The notes beneath the pieces were generated by a model. That model was given only the letters and a program-made list of their open reading frames with translations, searched no databases and was not told the origin of the DNA. The position numbers were made by a program, and so were the translations under genes. A DNA stretch of 58,072 nt, filler included, from Sphacelaria rigidula (Eukaryota), in assembly GCA_964200075.2 (NCBI GenBank). It is 3 parts of 3 records of this genome, joined end to end, with 100 filler letters (N's around TTAATTAATTAA, not from the genome) between each part and the next. Parts side by side here need not be neighbours in the genome. Positions count along the whole stretch, not along the records: positions 1 to 19,296 come from CAXNAA020000694.1; positions 19,397 to 38,688 come from CAXNAA020000695.1; 1 more part is not named here. One strand, 5' to 3'. Positions 11,401 to 21,608 of the stretch are shown here, one piece after another (positions within the stretch are counted from its first letter, which is position 1; each line of letters begins with the position of its first letter).

Positions 11401-14400
11401 CTATCGACAGCGTCACCATCAATCCGTCCGTACTTCGGGTCAGCTACGGATCGGGATACTAAAAAATCGCGAACACACCTGCGTCGTCTTCACAAAACCC
11501 AGCAGCCTTCACCGAGGGCAGGGACTGTCTTACCTGTGCGCCACAACGAGGATCAGATACGGCCGTGAGTAGGCCGGGACCACTCCCGTCCATAGCACCA
11601 CCACGGTTGTTACAGCCACCACAGCGTCGATAGCAACCACGAACTTCGTCGTTCCAGAGAGTCTACTTTGGTTCCGACCCCAAGTGCGGCAAGGATAGCG
11701 ACCGACAGCGACAACGGCACAGTGAGGACAGTAAGAGAAATGAAGTATCAGGGGAAGTAGGACCGCACATGATGGACGAGCTGATCGGGTGCGATTGTCA
11801 TATTTGCGGTTTGGCTCCGTCAACCAGCCGGCTGTTCGTTCCAGTTTCTCCGTGAATCTCGTATTCCTATGTTTGGCCATGCTCGATTACGTCGGCGGTC
11901 TCGGTTTCTTGGCTTTTTTGCAGAATTTTGGATTCCGGATTCCGCCATTTTGCGATCACCCCGGAGACACTCCAGTTTCATTCCTCATCCATCATTCGGG
12001 ATACACGTCAACGCAATAGCGCGTGATGGAGGTACGCTTTCGTGTTCAGTGGACTTTTTACTGCAGATGTTTATAAATATCGATCGAATAATATTTTTGA
12101 CACACAATGTGAAACTCTACACGCTTTGAGGGACTCTTCTAAAACGCACGATTGAGGTTTGGAATGTATTCCATAAACCCTGAGGAAGCGCGAACTGTAC
12201 CTGAAGCTACAGCACCTGCCCAGCTTTTCGCCAACGCCGAGAAGCGCTGTGCTCGAAGCAGCCCTCCTGTTTCGACGTGACAAAAGAGATATATCTGAGA
12301 GGTGCAGCAACAGTGAACGCATGGTAGGTGACACCTTTTTGGGATGAGGAAGATATACAGGTTGCGCACTCTCCAAGCGGCTAGACCAGTGCATCGTATC
12401 AGACTACGCACCAGGTTTGGCACGAGAGGTAGCCTCGCGAGATGAACAGGCGAGAAGGTCTAGGAACGAAACTGCCGCAATCAGAAGCATGATCACTGTC
12501 TACTGCCACGTACTTCACTGGAAAAGAGGGAACAAAAATATTTGGAAGAGGCTGTTTGGTGAGAAATGGCGCAGAGAGAGTTCAATAGGAGGCATGCACA
12601 GAGGTTCGACTCTGTGTCCTCTGCGATGCTCACCTTGGCGGGGTGAGGGTGTTGGACCAGAGCACTATAACCAGGCTGAACGCGACCAGGCTTAACCACA
12701 GCGCCACAAGATGACACGCGAATTCGGACAGCACGGAGCGATGTTTGGCCAAAGCGATGGCGTAGTGTGCTGCCGACCGTGGACGCAAGCGATGACGAGC
12801 ACACAAAATGGCGGGGATGAGGATATGGGAGGGTGATGCATTAGGGCGAGTCGTCGCGTTCGGAGAATATACCACAAACTCAACAAATCCAGAGTCCTCC
12901 TCGTTGGACTCAAGATCGCAGGACTTGTATCGGGCTAGTTTTGCCGATGACTCGTGGGACTCGAGTCGAGCCTCGTATTCGTTTTCCCGTCTGACTCTCG
13001 GGTCACGCTTCGCTTGCCGGAATTTCGAACAATGTCCATGGCATTTAATGCAACAACAGGTTGGCGCATACATGTGCTGCACCATCTGCAGTACACTGCG
13101 GTGCGGTCAGTACAACACTCCAAATGTACGTCAAGCGTGAGCGAAATGATTACATTGCAAAGGGATAATGTATAGGCATGCAGTACCCAAACACACAGCA
13201 AGTACCACACAGCCGATACAGCAGTGCACGCCACGCAATATGAAAGGCATGGAGGTTGTACAGTATCAAAAAGTGCACTGCACTGTGGTGGATGGAGTAC
13301 TGGTATGATAACAAGTATATATGAACAAATTATGCTGTATTCCATTCGATGTAGCAGTGTCAACGTGCCGTTGCAACGTGATGTGTTCCAGTGGCCCCTG
13401 GGGAGCATCAACTTGGCCAAGGGAGTGGGGCTCACGCGAGTTCGTCGTTAATTTTCCTTGGCTCATATATTCTGGATTTTTCGAACCTCATCTCTAACGT
13501 TAACCGTTATCCCAACTCAAGGCATAGCAATAACGCTCGGGGAGGGGGGGGGGAGGGGGTGCAACCCATGTCCTGGGCAAAGTGTGCGTTGGCCAAGCTC
13601 ATATCGCAGGGTTTAACGGAAAACGTGCGCTGCGCATGCTGGGAGCGCCTGGGACCGTCAGCCCTTAAAATAATAAGATCTCATGATCCTACACTGAATC
13701 AAGTACATATCTCAACCGTGGGAAATTCACAACGAACTCGTGCAACTGTACTGGACCAAGCGCTGCTCGTCCTCATCGAATACAACCCTTGTCACTTTGT
13801 TTTCCGATCTAGTCGCATGACTTGGGCTGTGGGTCGGATTGGACTCTTTTTCATTCCTCACAAAGTACTTGCATGGCCACGAGTCATGATTCGTTGGATA
13901 AGTGGAAACAGTGAATAGTATACCGTGCTGTATAAGGCAGCTGAAGGTGACCGACAAGAGCAGTACAGTGAAGACAGCGCGTCAAGGGTGTTGATCCCTT
14001 GGCATGGAGCATAGTTCAGGTAGTAGCAGCCAGCACAAGCACCGAAAAAGGGTGCGAAGACTTGAAATCGCTCTGCTCGCAACTGGTTCCAGTTGGCAGT
14101 GGGGGACACGAAAAGACACACCCAACTTTTCTCACGCTTTTTTTTTCGAGGAAATGGTTACGTCTTCACGAGACGAATATAATGGGCTCACGAGCAAACT
14201 TCACCAAACGTGCTCTACAATCGGTCAACGGGACATCACCCCCTGCCCCTCCACCCCCTGCCAAAGCTGAAAGGTGCTTTCCCCTCGTTTTTTTTCGTCA
14301 TTACGCTTCCAGCCCCTCCCCTTCCTCGGGATGATTCTGAGATCTCGGGGATCAACCCATCTCTGCCCGGTACAAGCCTTGCATCTTGGCCTCGCGGAAT

Positions 14401-17028
14401 GGATCCGCGCTATGGATCCGCACTCCCGCACCGCGTCAACTTCCGTCGAACGAACTCAGCCGATCTTTTTCGTTACGCACCTCCTCATGCTTTCAACGAT
14501 GGAAACCACACACTCCACCGTGAAAAAAAATCCAACGCATCTGTCGGAAAATCGGACCTGCGTTCTTTCCAACCTAATAGTGTCAGACATGTCACTACAC
14601 CACTGACGCGCCAAGAAAATTGCTTTTCAACAAGCCATTTCACACATCCTCAAGAACAAAGCGGCTGTTCACGATAACACTTCGCTCGTAAGGGAACATG
14701 ACGTGAGGACCACAAGGCGATGGATGTATGCGGGGGATTGACGCAGGCATGAGGCACCACGAACTATAATACATACCAAAATTTTAGGGTTCACTGCCCC
14801 AGGGTGGTCGTAGCATAGCTTGAGTCGCGACTGTTGATCGCCAATGTACGTTATACTTGGTTTAGGTCGAATGCCTTCAAAGTTGAATGGAACGTAATCT
14901 TTGTGTCCGACGCGCGCTAAAACAGAACACGCACAGATGGTCAATGGCTGCATCATTGGCAAAAATTGACACATACACCGCCGCTTCTCCTCAAAACCGA
15001 ACGGATTGCCGTGAAGCACAGGCAACTGTGTGTAGATGAGCAGGGAGTAGCGCAATACGGAATGCGCTTGTGCTGCGGGTGTCCCGTGCGTGTTTGTCAG
15101 GGCTCTGCTGTAGGTGTTTTGATCTTTTTAGTCACGGTCCTTGTGCTGCTCGTTGAGATCTTCACACGTGTTCGGGCCTGCATCCAGTGCAAAGAAATAC
15201 CGCTCTGGCAAAACAAGTGCACTTGTGTGTTTTCGGTAGGATTCAAGCTGCTCGCTGTGGGCAGACAAACTTAGTACAACTTTTTTTTCGCTTTTTCCTT
15301 TCGTCCCGTCAAGACACGGCCTGAAGTCGCTTCTTGTGCTACGAATATATATATATGTCATAAAGATTTTTTTTTGGCGGTTCAGCGCCGATTTTCGCCG
15401 AAATACGGGGCTTAGTGAATTGTGTCACCCCCGAGATGATTCTGGCGCATTTTCGCGATCTTTTGTGCGCCCAGTTCGAGTTTTGGCCGGACATCGATTT
15501 CTCAAACGCGCACAAAAACCTTTGAGTTCTCCTAAAAATCGCACACTGATCTCGGGGACACAAGTTTGTTTTGGACGATCAATCGTGCGGCAAAACCTTA
15601 ATCTGGGTCCACGAAAGATTGCGAAAGTGCGCTATAACCCTCTTGGAGAGTACAGCAAGTCTTTCCGAGGTGTGGCACGATAAGCCCAGTATTCCCGCGA
15701 AAATCGGAGCTGAGTCCCGAAAATCGGCGCTGAATCGCGAAAATCGGCGCTGAATCGCGAAAAAAGGCTCGTTGAATGATATATGTAAACATATTCCGTG
15801 GCACAAAAAGCGATCTTGGCACGTCTGGAACAGTGCCAAGTACAGATCTAGACTAGCATACAGACCACCCTAAACACGACGATTTTATCGGTCGAGACAG
15901 CAGAATATCCGCCGATGACCACAAGGTACATCTGAAAATGTCTATTTTTTCAAGTTGTACCTGCATCCCAGTGAATACCTTAACACCCTTTGACCGCGAT
16001 CGGTGGTACATCTGGATCATGCATCCATTTTTCAAGTGAGATCGATGCCGATCCAACAGATGGCCTACCCTTGCGTCCGGCGACAAAGGTGCCTCGAATT
16101 GACGAGCGATAGCTACGGAAGATCGCCCGACAATACAGGAAACAAACGCGGAGGCGATACATTATCCCCACCACGAGTACCAAGAACCGCTTCTTTTGCC
16201 AACTCTTTTTCCCGCGCGTTTCTTACTCCGGGAATGCAAAGAGTCGCTTGTCTTGTTTTGCCCCGTATGCTTCACACTTTGCAAATGCAAAGTCCAAGAG
16301 CCGGCTCTGGTGTATCTTACCCCGCACGTTTTATGCTCCGCGAGTGAAAAGAGTCACGTTTCTTATATTTTTTTCCCCATCCTCGACCTCGCAAGACCTT
16401 CCCCCCCAATCGTCGGCAGACAGCAGCGCAACCGTACTAACTGTTCGTGCCGCGCTGCGTAGCGCAAGCGCTACGCTTTCCCCCACAAACAAAACAAACG
16501 GAACAACAAGCGTCAGCACTGCTATGACCAGGCACGTACACGAGCACTGGAACGCCTGGAGAATTGAAACAACTCAACCAGGAAGCACGCACGACTCTCA
16601 CGCTTCGTGGCCACGTGAAGCCTACGATAAGCGCCGACAGCAGAAGATCTTGGGTCTTGGATTTGTCTGCTGTTGTTCTCATCGCTTGAGTACAGTATAT
16701 GTATCTCAAACTCGAGGTTCCTGGTGTTTCATGTACCAGGAACCTCGAGTTTGAGATACCTCCATTTATCAGCCGGATTTACTCCTGTTGTCATGATTGG
16801 TACGTGGGTGACACTTTCCCCTAGGTATTCACCCACCCAGGAATAATTCTCACCCAGCTCTAGCAGCGCGGAACCCAGCAGGCAGGCGTGGAAGCCCAGC
16901 TTTAAGCGGTCAGTCTGGGACAGGCCCTCGTGTCTTCCAAAGAACGGCTTCACCCTCCAGCACACCAACAGGAAGAACATGGAGTAGAGGATTATCCCAA
17001 CTACATCCACCTCGTCGCCCTCAGCCAT
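8489..17028 (-). CDS. Complete 7-exon multi-pass (~7 TM) membrane protein, THH1/TOM1/TOM3 (DUF1084)/GPR137-like, 359 aa
   Basis: Exons are 17028-16854, 12769-12634, 11662-11534, 11054-10977, 10491-10357, 9201-9067 and 8780-8489. All junctions are GT-AG and phase-compatible, totalling 1080 nt. Protein: MAEGDEVDVVGIILYSMFFLLVCW...KLGFHACLLGSALLELAHY...FACHLVALWLSLVAFSLVIVLWS...LASWLVLYGVRLQRR...KILCRINGVLVVCAVCFLIRV...ELLSKWVSGLVPGVALLHIM, then a hydrophilic tail. The family call rests on the YG.RL and C..CF..R patterns, recognised by eye. Confidence 0.85.
13490..13612 (+). repeat. Dispersed repeat family with a degenerate CCCTAA-like head (other copies ~27815-27895 and ~45375-45495)
   Basis: Shared string aaggcata(cc)gagaaccctcgggcaagggg(g)tgca...cctgggcaaag(g)gtgcgtt, preceded by taac/ccctaac-like repeats in all three copies. 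Confidence 0.6.
15370..15766. mobile_element. ~400-bp foldback/MITE with long imperfect inverted arms and a 20-bp subterminal repeat (three copies)
   Basis: ttcagcgccgattttcgccgaaatacggggctta pairs with taagcccagtattcccgcgaaaatcggagctga. The inner gcgcattttcgcgatcttttgtg pairs with cacgaaagattgcgaaagtgcgc. cgaaaatcggcgctgaatcg is repeated at ~15698-15760. Confidence 0.65.
15980..16090. mobile_element. Family A unit
   Basis: ttaacaccctttgaccgcgatcggtggtacatctggatcatgcatcc...ttcaagtgagatcgatgccgatccaacagatggcctaccc. Confidence 0.7.
16701..16759. repeat. Perfect 25-bp inverted repeat with a 9-nt loop (related copy at 29584-29682)
   Basis: gtatctcaaactcgaggttcctggt-N9-accaggaacctcgagtttgagatac. 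Confidence 0.85.
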
Positions 17029-19296
17029 TTTCAGCTTTCGTCCGCTTCTCGCTGGAGATTGGAGCAGCGCAGCTTCGACTCAATCCTTGCTTCTACCTTC
17101 GCCGCACCTGGCTTGCGCTGCTATACGGTACCGTACGTCACAGCAAAGTCGATTCCGTCTGTACCAGGCAGGCTCGTTCAGTCGGACTCTTGCGCTGGAT
17201 GCAAACCGGCAACGAGAAAACGTAGTAGTCTCGCCTGTCTTGATCTCCTACCTGGTTTTATAAGGGCCCTTTCCCCCGCTCAATCAACACCAGAAAATAT
17301 ATATATCCCGCTTATGGTTCAAGTCCTGTTCCTCTCGCCTTGGCTGCGTTGTTACACTGGTAAGCACAGTGCAGTACCGCCACCGTGTGATAGTCTCCTC
17401 CCTCCACCCCAAGTTGCGTGTTACTACTCTTCAATACCCCTGAGCACTGCTCACTATACCGCACAGACACTTCAAGTGAAGCGTTGAAGTGAGTCCGCAA
17501 CGACGACCAAGGACAACTTCTGGGGGGAAATGACAAGTGTTGGTTAAAATTCCTTCGTTTTACTAAAAGCAAGAGGACATAAACCATACGACGGCACAGG
17601 GTTGCCTCTGGCTCAGCTGAACACTTCAGCTCCAGCCTTCCGGGGGTAGCATCTAATAATGTTGTGTTCATTGTTGCCACGAACCGAAGTCATTATCCAT
17701 CGATATGGATTCAGTTTTTACCTGTTGCCTGTTCTTACTCGGTTCTTACAACAACCTTAGTAGAAGATGTGTACCAGCTGTGTATAGTGTATAATCTGCA
17801 AGCATTAATTCATGGTAAAACAAGTCCTACAGTAGTGTCATCTAGTTTATCGTGTACCAGAAGAGAGATGTGTATATTTTACTTGGCTCTTTTCATGTAT
17901 ATTGACTTGTTCACACTACAGTATTGTACATCGAAAAGTAGACTTCACGCCGGACCACGGATCTGAACTTGAAATATACAGGTTCCTGTGACGAAAGTTC
18001 GATCACGCTACGGTACAGCGGTAGTTCACACATGCGTTGCGGGAGGACTACACTGCGTGAGCTGTAAGTCATGCCAGCTCATACCGACGACGTAGGTGGC
18101 TTGCAGCCTCCTGAACCACCGACTGCACATATCTCTGGTCAAATTGGGGTGCTGGGAAAGGTATTATGATCCATCTATTCGACATCAAGTGTTGTCTGTT
18201 TTACAGAGCCGTGCAATACTGGTACTCCTCGATTTCAGCAAACTATACTGTAGTGGTGTTATACTGTTGTCTGCTTCGGTCTGCCCGTACTTGTACACCG
18301 TATTGGTACTCTACTGTAGTGTGCAACAACCTCACCTTCTATCTCAGTTGCTGACATGGGGTCGGTGAGCAGTTCTTCGTTGAAGGTCGAGAGCTTACTG
18401 GCGTGGTTTTACGGCTGTCCCGGATTACGGAACAGAATTGCTTGCTCGATTTCATTCTATTTACTGCAGTCAGGAATACGCACAGGTGGAGGAGACATGA
18501 GAGGACGGGTACGCTGTTGCAGTCTGGGGATATCAAAGAAAACTCGATATCAAAGAAAACAGAGAGTAGCCGCGTGCAGTCAAAGATGTTGGCTTGGATT
18601 TGCTGCTTTCTACATCTGAGCAGCGTCCACCGTGTGTTCATAGCACGATCTGAAGACACGTGCACACTGCCCAGGGGAGTACTGCAGTGCTGGGAAATAC
18701 AACCGTATGGTACTACTCATTGAATTGCACGCGAGTGGAGTTCCAGCAGCTCGGCCGCACCGTCCCACCTCGCCCAATTCCAGCAGATACCGCACGGCAC
18801 TTACGACCTTTACAGTAGTCAGCATCAGAAGTTTTCAGAATTTGTAGTTCTATTTTTTTAGTTTTTCTGGAGTACTATTCTTCACTACTACTTGAACGTG
18901 CTAGCGCCGGTAGATTTAGGAAGAAAGCGTAGGCCGTGCTCAAACTGCAGTGCTCAAGTTGGTGTTTTTGAGGCGATACGGACTTCATACCCCGTTTATC
19001 AGGAGGGTGTTATTGACCGATTTGGGGGCAATATAAGCAGTTTTCCCGCTCTTCAGCGACAAAACGGTAAATATTCAGATGAATGAATACGTATACAAAA
19101 TTTCACAATAACGATCGAGATCGTATTTCCCTCCTATACTGCACAGTCCTCGCTCTAGCATTTTCTGCGGATGGTCTATTTTCGTTTTTTTTCACACAAC
19201 ATTTTCCATATGCACTCGAAAGTGCTAGCGTCGATAGTTTTGGCAAAATAAGCAAACCGTGCTCAAATCACAATCGCCCAAGTTGGTGTTGTGGTG

Positions 19297-19396
19297 NNNN
19301 NNNNNNNNNNNNNNNNNNNNNNNNNNNNNNNNNNNNNNNNTTAATTAATTAANNNNNNNNNNNNNNNNNNNNNNNNNNNNNNNNNNNNNNNNNNNN
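19297..19396. other. Assembly gap with an artificial TTAATTAATTAA linker
   Basis: N-run, a 12-mer with stops in all six frames, then another N-run; the same construct occurs at 38689-38788. Confidence 0.95.
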
Positions 19397-19914
19397 TCCC
19401 ATACGTTTCGTTACAATGAAAATGTCCCAACCGTAATGGTATTACTACTGCTATATTGCAAAATCTCCAGGCGAAAAAAAAAAATGAGTGCAGAGAATGG
19501 AGCCTGGGGGCCAGGAGCTGGGGGGAGGGGTAATTTGTGTGCGACCAAAAAAAGACCCCAACAAGAAACGTCATCATAGGGCTACTGCTATTTTCACCCT
19601 CCTCCCCCCCGCTGCAGCTTGTACAGTGGGCCCACACGCACACTAAACCGAGCTACTTTCACCAAAAACGACTTATTTCAAGCCTTGAATCACACAGCCC
19701 TGAACCGCCTACATAATCGTTTCGTTCTCTAGTTCTCCATCTCATGAAGTGGTCAACAACAGGGACGACAGAAAATCGGGGTACACCCCCACGATGCCCG
19801 GCCATCCAACCCAGCCAATGACACGCACGCACGCCACATGTTCACGCACACACACATCTTGGTAACGGAAACGATTTTAACTACTCAATGCCCGAAACTA
19901 TCTTGCGGACGCCG

Positions 19915-20035
19915 ATAACGTCACGTCACGTTACATCCCGTAACGTCACATCACGTATCGTCCCACAACCTCACAACACGTATTGTCCCGTAATATAATA
20001 TCACGTAACATGCCGTAACGTACGTGTACGGCCGC
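19915..20035 (+). repeat. Degenerate pentamer-based satellite (ACGTC/ACGTA/ACATC-type)
   Basis: taacgtcacgtcacgttacatcccgtaacgtcacatcacgtatcg... Confidence 0.7.
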
Positions 20036-21608
20036 CATGCTTACGCAAGAGCGTGGAGAACCGATGAATACCAGGATAGTAGAACAATGCCAGAAGAAAA
20101 CGAAACAAGAAAAAAAAAAAACGTGTAGAGGTAGGTTAAAAAAAGATAGACTGGATGAACTGGCTGTCATGTACGTCTTCCTTTTTTGCGTGTAGCGGAG
20201 TGATGTAAAAAACTCATCAAGTCACAAACGTCAGTGGTGATCCATCACGATAGTATATAAAGGTCCACGAAAATTAAAAACGAAAAACAAAAGGAAAAGT
20301 TCGACTGCACATGAAAACCTCCGGGTCAACAAACTCATCATGACAAAAAAGCGGCGAAATATATACCGTTCTACAGACTGATGAGGACCCACTACCTACA
20401 TGACCCAGCCCTTCAGATCCGCAAAACTACGGAAGACTGCCCATAATTACTGCGAAATACAAACCGTCTTGGGAAATGACATTTCCGGTACGTTCACATA
20501 CACACCAATAAATATAAATATATATATATATATATATACGTGAGAGGAAGGGATGCAAAAACAAAAATCGACAAGTAAAAGCGGTAGCCAGAGAGGGAAG
20601 CGACACAGACACCCATATTAGCAAAAAGAAAAAGAAAAAAAAAGAATAAAAAAATAAATCAAAAGTTGCGTGCATGCAAGCACACGACGAACAGCGAATG
20701 CAGATGGTTTTTCACATTATTCACCTCGCGGAGATGGCAGTGAACACGTTGTTGTTGACGGGGGTATAGCGCTTGATGCGCAGTTCTCGACCTCGACCCC
20801 CGGAAATCCTTCAACGCACACAGCCACCCCCCTCCTACCCTATACTCAACACCGTGTGCACACACCTCATGCCTGACCCTACAGGATATTCAACAGAGTG
20901 GAAAATTCGGCCGACATGTTACAATAAAATTTAAGATGGTGGTACATCCCGCACTGCCGCAGTAGCGCACCAGAGCCAGCGGTAAAAAATCGCCAACAAA
21001 AACACACGGGCTGACGGGTGTCGGCAGCAGCTGCTTGCAATAACGCAACGCCTACCAGAGCTCGGCATCCAACAGACCGGCGGAACCTCCTTCTCCCTTT
21101 TTTAGGGCATAAAAAAGAGAGAACGCCGCGAAAGCCATGCACCTCTATCGTGAGAGACTTGTTGCTACTACTCTTACACTCGTCGCGACCAACACATGAA
21201 GTGAACACAAGTATTAGTGTCACACAGCACGTACGTTTTGGCGCACGTATTGCACCGGTCGGCAAAATACGTCAACCGAGCCAACTTCACACCAATCGTG
21301 CCGAACCACCGCGCTCGTGACGGGCGAACGCAGTGTTTTCCCCTCCTCGGCTTCCACGGTAAATACAAATACGGGCATCGTAACCTTTACTGGGCGTGCC
21401 ATCTCCCCTCTCCCCCACACAAATCTCTCTCTTCTTTGATGACGCAATATACATTCTTGCGGGTTCCTTCTCTGCAACTCTGCTCGCCGCCAGTGCACCC
21501 ACGTAAAAATACACAAACTTGACCTCGTCGAGAGAGCGCCGACTCCCTGAGACGGGCAAAACGTGCAAAAACCTAAGTTGCACCGTCTGTGCACATCCAT
21601 TCGCCTGA

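Noticed and set aside
19297-19396. TTAATTAATTAA palindrome between N-runs (also at 38733-38744)
   Set aside because: Identical at both gaps and has stops in all six frames, so it is a scaffolding linker and not biology.
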